This document shows positions 39,301 through 49,138 of a DNA stretch of 64,000 nt, piece after piece. Positions within the stretch are counted from its first letter, which is position 1. The number at the start of each line of letters is the position of its first letter. Under the pieces are notes generated by a model that was not told where the DNA came from, did no database searches, and was given only the letters and a program-made list of their open reading frames with translations. The position numbers and the translations under genes were made by a program. The stretch is from positions 1,696,001 through 1,760,000 of the forward strand of contig CBDDCX010000008.1 in assembly GCA_965226375.1 (NCBI GenBank), given 5' to 3'. The stretch comes from Longimicrobiales bacterium (lineage in GTDB: Bacteria; Gemmatimonadota; Gemmatimonadetes; Longimicrobiales; Gaopeijiaceae).

Positions 39301-39307
39301 CGGAGCC

Positions 39308-40381
39308 TCAGGTCCGATTCAGTAGATCGTCCAGAATGGACGAGGACACGGAGTAGGGGGTCGCCTCGCCGTCCTGAATCCGGTCGAGACCCTTGTTCAG
39401 GAGTGCCACGACGCTCTCACGCCCCCACAGAATGCCGCGGATCTCCCGATTGGCCACCTCTCGGACCCGGACGGCCGCCCTGGCCCTACGCCTTACCCGG
39501 AGCTCGCCGGACTCCGTCAGAAACCTCCCGTGCTCCCCGATCGCTGCCAACAACTCGGGGACGCCCTCACCCGTTTGAGCGACGGTCTTGAGGACCGGGA
39601 TGTCCCACACGGGCCCCTCGACGATCGGCTCCGGCGCGATCGGCTCCTTCGTCCCTAGACGCGACAGATCCACCCCATGATGGGCCGGCACGTTACTCAA
39701 GGCCCTTCCGGCCCTCAGATGTAGGGCCATCCGCAGGTCCTTGAGCAGGCGGTCCGCTCCGGGTCGATCCGCCTTGTTCACCACGAAGATGTCGGCGATC
39801 TCCATGAGCCCTGCCTTCATGGCTTGAATCCCGTCGCCGGACTCGGGAACGAGCACGACCACCACAGTGTCCGCCGCTCCCGTGATCTCGAGCTCCGTCT
39901 GACCCACGCCCACGGTCTCGACCATGATGCGGCCGAGCCCGAACGCATCCATCAGGTCGATCACCTCTTTGGTGGTGATGGCCAGCCCCCCCAAGGAACC
40001 GCGTGTGGCCATGGAGCGGATGAATATCCCCTTGTCGGTCGACAGGTCATTCATCCGGATCCGGTCGCCGAGAAGCGCACCTCCCGAGTACGGCGACGTG
40101 GGGTCGACCGCGACGATACCCACCTCGTCACCCTCGGCACGGCAGAGAGTCGCGAGAGCCGCGATGAGGCTGGACTTCCCCGCGCCGGGCGGGCCGGTCA
40201 TGCCGAGACGGCGAGCCCGAGGCCCCTGGTCGAGGGCTCGGTGCAGAAACCCTTGGAACGACGGGCGTTCGCCCTCGATCACCGAAATAGCCCTGGCGAG
40301 CGCCAAGCGCTCTCCTGCTCGGAACCGCTCCAGCAGCGATTCGAGCGCATCCGGTAACGGCTTCAGGATCTCCTCGGTCAT
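39308..40381 (-). CDS. meaB: MeaB/ArgK family GTPase chaperone of B12 mutases
   Basis: GPPGAGKSS, VDPTSPYSGGALLGDRIRM, RSMATRG, ETVGVGQ and NKAD. Confidence 0.95.
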   Translation of the reverse strand: MTEEILKPLPDALESLLERFRAGERLALARAISVIEGERPSFQGFLHRALDQGPRARRLGMTGPPGAGKSSLIAALATLCRAEGDEVGIVAVDPTSPYSGGALLGDRIRMNDLSTDKGIFIRSMATRGSLGGLAITTKEVIDLMDAFGLGRIMVETVGVGQTELEITGAADTVVVVLVPESGDGIQAMKAGLMEIADIFVVNKADRPGADRLLKDLRMALHLRAGRALSNVPAHHGVDLSRLGTKEPIAPEPIVEGPVWDIPVLKTVAQTGEGVPELLAAIGEHGRFLTESGELRVRRRARAAVRVREVANREIRGILWGRESVVALLNKGLDRIQDGEATPYSVSSSILDDLLNRT

Positions 40382-42039
40382 CGGTGGCGCTCTCCAGGGC
40401 GGATCCGTCGGGCATGACGCAACGGATTCTCGAGCAGGTGCGTCGGGATGAAAAACACTAGCACGAACATGAGCAGCGCCAATCCGAGGCCCAACGCAAG
40501 AAGCCATACGCTCCGTATCGAGATGAAGAGGATCGAAGAGATGACCGCCGTCGCGGTGGCGAAGATGCTGAGGGTGACGCGACGGGCCTGCAGGTGGAGA
40601 AAGCGCTCCTGACCCTGAATATCCCGAGGATGCACGCGGACCCTAAGTTCCTCACGCTCGGCCCTGGTCAGGAGATCCCTCATGGTGCGGAGAGCCGCCT
40701 GAGCATCGCCGAGCAAGTCCCTGGCCACGGAGACGGGCTCACGTACCGCCGTCTTCACGATCTCGCCTCTCAGGTCTCGCACGACCCGCTTCAGCACCCC
40801 CAGACCATCGAAATTGCGGTCGTACCGAATCCCCAAACCTTCCAAGAGGGCCGCAGCCCGAAAGAAGTAGACGAGCTCCTGAGGAAGCATGATGGGCCAC
40901 GTGTAGAAGGTGTCGAAGATTTCCTGTACGATCTCTTCGATGCGGTCCCGATTCGAGATCCGCATCCGGGCCATCACGGAGAGGATCTCCGTGGCCGCTT
41001 CGCGAATCTCTCCCCGGGAGACCTCAGGGCTGATCATGCCGAGTCGGTACATGCCGTTGATCATCCCGTCCAGGTCGTCCCTCTCCACCGCCAAAGCGAG
41101 ATCGAGGATGTACTCCCGCGTCCACCGGGGCACGTCGAGGACCATTCCCCAGTCGAGGACCACGATGGTCCCATCTTCCTGCACCAGGAGATTCCCCGGA
41201 TGGGGGTCGGCGTGGAGAACTCCATCCACCATCATCATCCGGAGGTAGAGGCCGGTGAGACGCTCCATCAACTCCGTGAATCGGAGGTGACCCGACTCGA
41301 AGAAGTCGTCCAGCTGATCGATCTTCGTTCCCGAACAACGCTCCATTACCAATACGCGGCGGCGTGTGAAGTCGGAGAGAACCTCGGGGGCCCTGACCTT
41401 CGGATCGCTCCTGAAGTGCCGCTGAAAACGCTCGATGTTCTCTGCTTCGTGGTGGAAGTCCATCTCCTCGCGAACGCGGTGCGAGAACTCTCGGACCACA
41501 TTGGTCAGCGCCTGAACGTGATGGTTGGGGAAAAGGATGTTGAGCCAGTACAGGAGAGTGAACCCGATGTCGAGATCCAAGGCCACCAGCTCCTCCACCC
41601 CGGGCCGTAGCACCTTCACCACCACATCACGACCTCCCACGACGGCGCCGTGCACCTGACCCAGGCTGGCCGCCGCCATCGGCTCCCGCTCGAACTCGTC
41701 GAAGGCCTCGTCCACCGAGCGGCCGAGATCCTCCTCGAGCACCGCGATGATTTCATCCGGGGGATCGGGCGGCGCCTGGTCCTGGAGAGTTCCGATGGCC
41801 GTCAGGTACGGCTCAGGGAAGATGTCGGCTCTTGCCGAAAGCAGTTGAGCGAGCTTGATGAACGTGGGGCCGAGACCCGCCACGCGCTTCACCAGCTTCT
41901 CCGCTCTGCGCTGATGATGGCGCTCACTCCGCCGGGCCGGGCGCCCCAAGATGATCCACCGTCTCCGGTCTCGCAGAAACGCCACCACGAAAGGCGTGAG
42001 CCCGGTGACGACCCGAAGTCCCCTGAAAAGGCGCTTCAC
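40378..42039 (-). CDS. ABC1/AarF/UbiB family atypical kinase
   Basis: LGPTFIKLAQ, AAASLGQVH, VVKVLRP, HADPHPGN, LDWGM and C-terminal TM helices. Confidence 0.92.
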   Translation of the reverse strand: MKRLFRGLRVVTGLTPFVVAFLRDRRRWIILGRPARRSERHHQRRAEKLVKRVAGLGPTFIKLAQLLSARADIFPEPYLTAIGTLQDQAPPDPPDEIIAVLEEDLGRSVDEAFDEFEREPMAAASLGQVHGAVVGGRDVVVKVLRPGVEELVALDLDIGFTLLYWLNILFPNHHVQALTNVVREFSHRVREEMDFHHEAENIERFQRHFRSDPKVRAPEVLSDFTRRRVLVMERCSGTKIDQLDDFFESGHLRFTELMERLTGLYLRMMMVDGVLHADPHPGNLLVQEDGTIVVLDWGMVLDVPRWTREYILDLALAVERDDLDGMINGMYRLGMISPEVSRGEIREAATEILSVMARMRISNRDRIEEIVQEIFDTFYTWPIMLPQELVYFFRAAALLEGLGIRYDRNFDGLGVLKRVVRDLRGEIVKTAVREPVSVARDLLGDAQAALRTMRDLLTRAEREELRVRVHPRDIQGQERFLHLQARRVTLSIFATATAVISSILFISIRSVWLLALGLGLALLMFVLVFFIPTHLLENPLRHARRIRPGERHR

Positions 42040-42055
42040 GACGACGCTCGCACCA

Positions 42056-42132
42056 CGAATCGTTGCCGAATCGTGATGCCATACCGAATCGTCATGTCAT
42101 ACCGAATCGTCATGTCATACCGAATCGTCATG
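42056..42132. repeat. 18-bp tandem repeat (~4 units)
   Basis: Unit CGAATCGTCATGTCATAC, degenerating leftwards. Starts immediately after the mgtE stop. Confidence 0.85.
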
Positions 42133-43500
42133 CTAGAGCAGAACGGTGGCGAGGCCAAGCAGCAGCAGGAAGCCCGTCAGATCCGTGAGAGCCGTGAGGA
42201 AGACCGTCGATGCCACGGCGGGGTCCTGTCCCATGCGATCGAGGAACGTCGGAATGAAGGAGCCGGCGAACCCGGCCATGGCGATGTTGCCCCACATGGC
42301 GAGCAGAACGACGACTCCGAGGCGTGGGTCGGCACCCGCCGCACTCGCGAGCGCCGCGGACGCAGCAGCCACGACCGTCCCGATGACCCCGCCGTTCAGC
42401 AACGCCACCAGGAGCTCCTTGCCGACCACGTGGCCCCGGCTCTCCAGTGGGCCCGTCGACGTGGCCAGTCGGCGGATCGTCACGGCCAGAGCCTGCTGAC
42501 CTGCGTTGCCCCCGAGACCGGCCACCACCGGCATCACGACGGCCAGAAGGGTGGCGGCGGCAATCTGGTCACGAAAGATCCAGACCACGGCGGCGGCGAA
42601 GCTGGCCGTCATCGTGTTCAGGAGGAGCCAGGGTAGCCGGGCCCGGATCGCGTCCATCGAGCTACCACGTAACTCCTCGTCGTCGGACACACCGGAGAAA
42701 AGGAGCAGGTCTTCGGTGGTCTCCGCCTCAATCACGTCGATGACGTCGTCGAAGGTCACACGGCCCAAGAGGACGCCGTCCTCCGAGACCACTGGGAGGG
42801 AGGGAAGGTTGTAGCGCCGGATGAGGTGACCCACGTCTTCCTGATCCGTATCCGGAATCACCGATGCGACGATGGGCTCGACGAGGTTTTGCACGGGTTC
42901 GTCGGGGTCCGCGAGGATCAAGTCATCCAGCGGAACGGTGCCCAGGAGCCGCACGCCGTCGTCCACCACGAACACCCTGTAGAAGTCCTCGACCCTACGA
43001 CCCTGAACCCTCACCACACCGATCGCCTCCCCTGCGGTCACCGTGCCGAGCACGGACACCAGGGCGGTGGTCATGATACCCCCGGCGGTTTCCTCGTCGT
43101 ATTGGAGAAGGTCTCGGATCTCTCCGGCCTCATCGGCCGGCAGCTGGGCCAGGATGCGATCCTGGTCCTCGGGCTCCAACTCGCCGATGAGGTCGGCGGC
43201 ATCGTCGTCGGGGAGCTCGTGCAGGAGCTCAGCACCCTCCGTCGGCTCGAGAGCGGCGAGGAGCTCCGCACGGGCGTCCCCCTCCTCCATCTCGGCCAGG
43301 GCCTCGGAGGCAAGCTCCGCGGGAAGGGCCCGCACGAGGGCCAGACGCGTAGCCCCATCCACCGATTCCACGACATCAGCGATGTCCGAAGGATGGAGCT
43401 CAGCGAGAAACGCCTCCAAAGCCCTCATGTCGCCCTGGTCGACGAGGGTGGCCATGCGCTCCCTGAGATCGGGAAGATCCTGAGTCCGGCTGGTGCTCAT
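42133..43500 (-). CDS. mgtE: Magnesium transporter MgtE
   Basis: HPSDIAD, YDEETAGGIMT, CBS pair, RLPWL, GGNAGQQ and DPAVAS..TALTD. Confidence 0.95.
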   Translation of the reverse strand: MSTSRTQDLPDLRERMATLVDQGDMRALEAFLAELHPSDIADVVESVDGATRLALVRALPAELASEALAEMEEGDARAELLAALEPTEGAELLHELPDDDAADLIGELEPEDQDRILAQLPADEAGEIRDLLQYDEETAGGIMTTALVSVLGTVTAGEAIGVVRVQGRRVEDFYRVFVVDDGVRLLGTVPLDDLILADPDEPVQNLVEPIVASVIPDTDQEDVGHLIRRYNLPSLPVVSEDGVLLGRVTFDDVIDVIEAETTEDLLLFSGVSDDEELRGSSMDAIRARLPWLLLNTMTASFAAAVVWIFRDQIAAATLLAVVMPVVAGLGGNAGQQALAVTIRRLATSTGPLESRGHVVGKELLVALLNGGVIGTVVAAASAALASAAGADPRLGVVVLLAMWGNIAMAGFAGSFIPTFLDRMGQDPAVASTVFLTALTDLTGFLLLLGLATVLL

Positions 43501-43519
43501 GCCCCGCAGAGTGGGGCGT

Positions 43520-43951
43520 TCACAACGCTTCGTCCAGTAGCTCTCCGAGAAGTCTTTCCCGGACCCTGAACATCTCGCTGTCGAAGCGAGCGTCGGTCTC
43601 GGGATGCTCGTGTCCCAACACGTGCAGCACGCCGTGGATCGCCAGTCGCGCGAGTTCCTCCGTCACCGGAATGGCCATGTCGGCGGCCTGACGTACCGCC
43701 TGCTCGTGACCGACGTAGACATCGCCGAGGACCGGTTGACCCGCTTCGTGAAGAGCGAATGCGATGACGTCAGTGGGCTGATCCCGACCGAGGTGGTCTC
43801 GGTTGAGCTCACGGATGGCACGGTCGCCCAGGAGTGCAAGGGAGATCTCACCCTCCTCGACGCCGGCATCGCTCAATACCAATTCGACGGCCGCGCAAAG
43901 TAGATCTCGGGACACATACTTCGTATCTCCGAGAGAGATCTGAACCTCCAA
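43520..43951 (-). CDS. ybeY: rRNA maturation RNase YbeY
   Basis: LNRDH..PTDVIAF, LGDVYV and IHGVLHVLGHEH. Confidence 0.95.
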   Translation of the reverse strand: MEVQISLGDTKYVSRDLLCAAVELVLSDAGVEEGEISLALLGDRAIRELNRDHLGRDQPTDVIAFALHEAGQPVLGDVYVGHEQAVRQAADMAIPVTEELARLAIHGVLHVLGHEHPETDARFDSEMFRVRERLLGELLDEAL

Positions 43952-43956
43952 CCGGC

Positions 43957-46341
43957 TCAGACCCCTTCGTCGGTTACGGCACCGAGCTCCATCTGTGCGT
44001 CGTCCTTATCGGCTCCTTCGGAGATCGAGCTGTCGTCGGCCCCGGAGGTCGATCGGTCGGCGGGCTCGGACACCGTGCCCGCGTCTGCAACGGAATCCTT
44101 CTCAGCCTTCGACGCCCGCGAACCGGGAGCCTCGGTCAGGTGTTGAGTGGTCGGATAATCGATCCGGTGATGGTAGATGCCGCTCAGAACCTTCACGAAC
44201 GTGTCCTTCAGCACGGTGATCTCCCGCAACGTCAGTGGAGCCTCATCGAGCTGCCCGTCCTCCCGCTTGCCCTCGACGATGCCGTCCACGAGGCCCCGCA
44301 CCCGCTCCGGAGTGGGCTCCTGAAGCACGCGCGTCGCCGACTCGATGGAGTCCGCCATCATGGCGATGGCCGTCTCCTTCGACTGAGGCTTGGGTCCGGG
44401 ATAACGGAAGTCGGCCTCGTCCACGTTGTCCTCACCGAACTCGTCCTTCGCTCGCGCGTGGAAGAAGGCGATCAGCTGCGTGCCGTGGTGCTCGGCGATG
44501 AAGTTGAGCACGATGTTGGGCAATTTCTCCTCACGGGCCAGCCGCAAGCCTTCCGTAACGTGCTCGCGCACGATGGAGGCAGACGTGTCGGGCTTCAGCT
44601 TGTCGTGGGGATTCCTACCCTCGGGTTGGTTCTCTACGAAGTAATGAGGCTTGAGCACCTTTCCGACGTCATGGTAGTACAGACCGACCCGGCACAGCAG
44701 ACCGTGTGCGCCGATGGCATTCGCGGCCATCTCACCGAGGTTGGCCACGTTGATCGTGTGCGCGTAGCTCCCCGGGGCTTCCAGGGACAGTCGCCGGAGC
44801 AGTGAGCGATTCGGATCCGCCCACTCCAGCAGGGTCTGGTCGGTGGTGATCCCGGTAAACCACTCGAAGACGGGCATGAAGCCCATAGCGATGAGGGCGC
44901 TCAAGGCCGCATTCGCCCCCGCCCATCCCATCGAGACGGCAACCGGTCCGGCGGAGAGCCCATCCAGAAGCGCCAGGGCGAGGAGGGTCACGACGTAGGA
45001 GCCGGTGATGATTGCCACGAACACCCACGTCTGTGCTCGGCGCCGGACAACGCGCACACTCATGGCGGCCGCGGCCCCTCCGACCATGGTCGGGAACAGA
45101 ACAGCCGTGGCGGCGAACGGGGACTGCGCCACAGTCAGCACGGCCAGAACGAGCCCCATGACCAGAGCGATCCTGGAGTCCCAGAGGACCGCAACGGTCA
45201 GGGTGACAAACGCCAGCGGCAATGCCTCAGGCGGAAGGCCATTGGAGGCAACGAGCCGCGCCAGAGCGAAGTAGGCGACTACGAGCCCCGCCTGCAGGAC
45301 CAGCCAGCGGAGAGAGTCGTATATCAGCGGCCGAATGAAGTAGACGAGCACACCGAACACCGCGAGGATGGTCAGGTTCAGGAGGAACGCCCCGAAGATC
45401 ACTCCAAACCGAAGCCCCGGATCCTGTAGCTGCTGGCGTTGCCGCAACTCCGCCTCATAGGCGTTCAGGCGCTCCAGATCCTCGCGCGTGATGGGTTCGT
45501 TGGCCCGCACGATGGCCTCCTGCTGCACCACGTTCCCCTTGGTCGTAGAGACCGCCTGCCGAGCCTGTTCGCGGTCAGCCTCGGTCGTGGAAGCGTTGAA
45601 CTCCAGCGAATAGACCGTATGGCGGATCATGATCAGGCGGAGGAGCTCGCTGAGCTCGGGGCTGGGCGTCATGAGCTGATTGACGACGTGGTCCTGGAAC
45701 TCACGGCCGGAGAGCATATCGTCGCTCGCCACCGAGCGCCGGCCCCCTGCGGCGGTATTCTGGATCAAGACGCGCTCCGCCGTGAGCTCCCGAGCCTGAC
45801 TGGCGTCCGTGATTCCGGGGACGGCAAATTGCCGGGCCCCGGATATGGATACCGTACGCAGCAGGAGTCGGGTCTCCTCGTTCATCAGCAACGTGGCCTG
45901 ATCCAACCCGGAGACCACGGAAGACCCCAACAAAAAACGGCGCAGCGTCTCCGCGTCACCGGCAGAAGCGATCGTGTCGATTTGGTCGAAGAAGCGTCCC
46001 AACCGAAGCGCCATCGTATCGGCAGCTCCGGATCGGAAGTCGAAGGTGGGCGACATTCCAGCCGCTGCATCGGCACGTTCGCGCTGCAGCTGGGCGATAG
46101 ATTTGGGAACGACGAAGGGCACCTCGGCGATCACCGGCTCCGTCAGAACCATACCCACCGTATAACGGCCGACGGTCGACCGCCCCATCGGAGGGAAGAG
46201 AGCCGTAACCACCGCCGCCACGCCCACGATGAGCAGCAGCCGCGATCCATGGTACAGCACCCCGTCCGGCCAGAGCGGCCTCGGTTCGTCCGAAGGGCCG
46301 CCGGAGATCGGGGCCAGGTTTCCGCGACCGCTACGGGTCAA
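43957..46341 (-). CDS. 7TM-HD (HDIG) phosphohydrolase, PgpH-like
   Basis: Extracellular domain, TM bundle, EAPGSYAH, YYHDVGK..YFVENQ, EHHGT, FRYPGPKP and MMADSIES. Confidence 0.9.
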   Translation of the reverse strand: MTRSGRGNLAPISGGPSDEPRPLWPDGVLYHGSRLLLIVGVAAVVTALFPPMGRSTVGRYTVGMVLTEPVIAEVPFVVPKSIAQLQRERADAAAGMSPTFDFRSGAADTMALRLGRFFDQIDTIASAGDAETLRRFLLGSSVVSGLDQATLLMNEETRLLLRTVSISGARQFAVPGITDASQARELTAERVLIQNTAAGGRRSVASDDMLSGREFQDHVVNQLMTPSPELSELLRLIMIRHTVYSLEFNASTTEADREQARQAVSTTKGNVVQQEAIVRANEPITREDLERLNAYEAELRQRQQLQDPGLRFGVIFGAFLLNLTILAVFGVLVYFIRPLIYDSLRWLVLQAGLVVAYFALARLVASNGLPPEALPLAFVTLTVAVLWDSRIALVMGLVLAVLTVAQSPFAATAVLFPTMVGGAAAAMSVRVVRRRAQTWVFVAIITGSYVVTLLALALLDGLSAGPVAVSMGWAGANAALSALIAMGFMPVFEWFTGITTDQTLLEWADPNRSLLRRLSLEAPGSYAHTINVANLGEMAANAIGAHGLLCRVGLYYHDVGKVLKPHYFVENQPEGRNPHDKLKPDTSASIVREHVTEGLRLAREEKLPNIVLNFIAEHHGTQLIAFFHARAKDEFGEDNVDEADFRYPGPKPQSKETAIAMMADSIESATRVLQEPTPERVRGLVDGIVEGKREDGQLDEAPLTLREITVLKDTFVKVLSGIYHHRIDYPTTQHLTEAPGSRASKAEKDSVADAGTVSEPADRSTSGADDSSISEGADKDDAQMELGAVTDEGV

Positions 46342-47321
46342 GAATCCCCCTCGGAGTCTGATCTGGCATAGGCCCGGATGATGTCCTTCACCAACCGGTG
46401 CCGGACCACGTCCATGTCGTCCAAGTAAATCAATTGGATACCGTCGATCCCACTCAAGATAGCCTCGATCTCGAGCAGTCCGGAATCCTCACGTCTGGGG
46501 AGATCGATCTGGGTCTTGTCGCCGGTGATGACCACCTGTGAGTTCAGACCCAGACGAGTGAGGAACATCTTCATCTGAGCCGTCGTCGAGTTCTGCGCCT
46601 CATCCAGGATCACGAATGCGTCCGACAGCGTCCGGCCCCGCATATAGGCGAGGGGCGCGATCTCGATGGTGTTGTCCTCTAGGGCGCGCCGCACGCGATC
46701 GCTGGGCATCATGTCCTCGAGCGCATCGTAAAGCGGCCGAAGATAAGGGTCGACCTTCTCCTGCATGTCACCGGGCAAGAAGCCGAGACTCTCACCGGCC
46801 TCCACCGCAGGCCGTGCCAGGACAATGCGCTTGATCCGCTTCTTGTAGAGGGCGTCCAGGGCCGCGGCCACGGCGAGATAGGTCTTGCCGGTCCCCGCCG
46901 GGCCGATCCCGATGACGATATCGTTGTCCAGAATGGAGCCGAGGTAACGCCGTTGGCCATCCGACTTGGGACGGATGACCTTGCGGGTACCCGGAAGTGC
47001 GATCCCGATATCGTCCTCCGGATGCACCACTCCGTCACCGCCGTGAGCGGCGAAACCCTCGGCAAAGCGCGCGATGTCGTTGGCATCGAACGGAGCCCGA
47101 AGACGGGAGAGTTCGATGACGTGTTGCACCACGGGAGCCGCCTGCTCCACGGCTATGACCTCGCCCGAGAGGATGACGTGGTCGCCCCTGAGGACCAGGC
47201 GAATGCCGAACAGCTTGGACACCTCCTGCAGGTTGGCATCGTTCACTCCGGTCAACAGGAGCGGATCTATTCCCTCAGCGTCCAACCGATGCTCGACTAT
47301 GGTACTCTGTCCTGACGTCAT
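46338..47321 (-). CDS. phoH: PhoH family ATPase (YbeZ-like)
   Basis: GPAGTGKTYLA, RPAVEAGESLGFLPGD, APLAYMRGRT and LDEAQN. Confidence 0.95.
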   Translation of the reverse strand: MTSGQSTIVEHRLDAEGIDPLLLTGVNDANLQEVSKLFGIRLVLRGDHVILSGEVIAVEQAAPVVQHVIELSRLRAPFDANDIARFAEGFAAHGGDGVVHPEDDIGIALPGTRKVIRPKSDGQRRYLGSILDNDIVIGIGPAGTGKTYLAVAAALDALYKKRIKRIVLARPAVEAGESLGFLPGDMQEKVDPYLRPLYDALEDMMPSDRVRRALEDNTIEIAPLAYMRGRTLSDAFVILDEAQNSTTAQMKMFLTRLGLNSQVVITGDKTQIDLPRREDSGLLEIEAILSGIDGIQLIYLDDMDVVRHRLVKDIIRAYARSDSEGDS

Positions 47322-49138
47322 GCCGTTCCGCCCTTTACCGTGGCCGGTGGCTCTATCAACTCCGCCCTACGGAGCCCCAGATCGGTCAGATCCGTATCGG
47401 ACAAGGGAGTGGGAGCACCCTCGAAAAGCGCACGTGCCGCCGTGGTCTTGGGGAACGCGATCACGTCCCTGATACTGTTCGCTCCCACGAACTCAGCGAC
47501 GATCCTATCCATCCCGAAGGCCACTCCGCCATGGGGTGGAGCTCCGGAATCAAGTGCGCCCAACAAGAATCCGAACTTCAGTTCGATCTCTTCGTCCTCG
47601 AGACCGAGGATTCTCAAGATGCGACGTTGGATATCCGGATCATGATTCCTGATACTCCCCGACCCGAACTCGACGCCGTTGTACACCAGGTCGTACGCGA
47701 GACCTCGCGTCGACATCGCGTCGGAATCGAGGAGCTCGACATCGTCCGGGTGTGGCATCACGAACGGATGGTGATTCGCCGCCGGCCGGCCGTCGGCTCC
47801 CGGTTCGAACATGGGAAAGTCCACGACCCACAGCCACGCGTGCTCTCGCTCTTTTTCGATGCCGAGCGCCTCGATGACAGCCGCCCTGGTAGCAGCCAGC
47901 GCCGCCGAGGTTATGCGGTCGTCTCCGGCGGCCACCAGGACCAGGTCTCCGGACTCCATGCCGAGCGCCTGGAAGGCGCTCTCGTCCATGAACCGGGATA
48001 GCGGTCCCGATCCACCCTCCTCGCCCAGCTTGGCCCACAGAAGGCCGGGCGCACCCGCGGCCTTGGCGTGGGACTCGACGGCCTCTACCTCTCGCCTGGA
48101 CAAACGTGCTCCTGCCTTCAGGAGCAAACCGCGGATACGCCCTCCGCCCTCGACGGCCGCGTTCAGAATGGCGGACTCACCGCCGCTCAGGACGTCGGTC
48201 CAGTCCTGGATCTCCAGCGAGTAGCGCAGGTCGGGGCGATCGATGCCGAAGCGGTCGAGCGCTTCCCGATGGGTCATCCGCGCGAAGGGCGTCTCTGCTT
48301 CCACGCCGGGGGCCTCGGCCGCCAACACGGCCATCAGTCCCTCCATCCACCGCAAGATGTCGTCGGGCTCCACGAAGGAGGCTTCGACGTCGATCTGCGT
48401 GAATTCGGGCTGCCGGTCGGCTCTCGGATCTTCGTCCCGAAAGCAACGGGCAATCTGGAAGTAGCGGTCGAACCCGGCGGCCATGCAGATCTGTTTGTAG
48501 ATTTGCGGGCTCTGAGGCAGGGCGTAGAACTCACCCTTGTGTACGCGGCTCGGCACCAGGTAGTCCCTGGCGCCCTCCGGCGTCGGCTTGGTGAGAACGG
48601 GCGTCTCCACCTCTATGAAACCCAAGGCGTCCATGTAGTTGCGGCACGCCAGGATCAGGCGGTGTCGGAGTCTCAGGTTGCTCTGGAGCTCGTCGCGACG
48701 CAGATCGAGAACACGATGCTTCAGACGTAACTCCTCCGAGGGCAGTTCGTCTTCCGGCGCCTGATAGACGGGAATCGCCGGCACGTCGGCGTCGGTAAGC
48801 AGACGTAGGGTCGTAGCCCGGATCTCCACATCTCCGGTGGCCATGTCCGTGTTTCGGGCCTCCCGCGGGCGGGCGACCACGGGACCCACCACGGTCACCA
48901 CGTCCTCCGCACCGAGCCGATGAGCCAACTCCAGAGAAGACGCCTCCGTCCAATCGGGTCCAAGAGAGACCTGGACGAGCCCGCTGCGGTCACGCAGATC
49001 CAGAAAGATCAATCCGCCAAGATCCCGGCGGCGATGGACCCAGCCGGCCAGCTTCAACTCGGTCCCCTCATCACCGGCCCGAATGCCGCCGACCATTCGA
49101 GAACGGAGCGCCGTGCGCTCAATATCGATATCCGTCAT
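47318..49138 (-). CDS. aspS: Aspartate--tRNA ligase
   Basis: GWVHRRRDLGG, TPEGARDYLVPSR, LPQSPQ, CFRDED.RADRQPEFTQID, PPHGG and IRDVIAFPK. Confidence 0.98.
   Translation of the reverse strand: MTDIDIERTALRSRMVGGIRAGDEGTELKLAGWVHRRRDLGGLIFLDLRDRSGLVQVSLGPDWTEASSLELAHRLGAEDVVTVVGPVVARPREARNTDMATGDVEIRATTLRLLTDADVPAIPVYQAPEDELPSEELRLKHRVLDLRRDELQSNLRLRHRLILACRNYMDALGFIEVETPVLTKPTPEGARDYLVPSRVHKGEFYALPQSPQIYKQICMAAGFDRYFQIARCFRDEDPRADRQPEFTQIDVEASFVEPDDILRWMEGLMAVLAAEAPGVEAETPFARMTHREALDRFGIDRPDLRYSLEIQDWTDVLSGGESAILNAAVEGGGRIRGLLLKAGARLSRREVEAVESHAKAAGAPGLLWAKLGEEGGSGPLSRFMDESAFQALGMESGDLVLVAAGDDRITSAALAATRAAVIEALGIEKEREHAWLWVVDFPMFEPGADGRPAANHHPFVMPHPDDVELLDSDAMSTRGLAYDLVYNGVEFGSGSIRNHDPDIQRRILRILGLEDEEIELKFGFLLGALDSGAPPHGGVAFGMDRIVAEFVGANSIRDVIAFPKTTAARALFEGAPTPLSDTDLTDLGLRRAELIEPPATVKGGTA

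Noticed and set aside
42056..42132. CRISPR array or iteron set
   Set aside because: Contiguous 18-bp units without spacers, and no cas or rep gene nearby.
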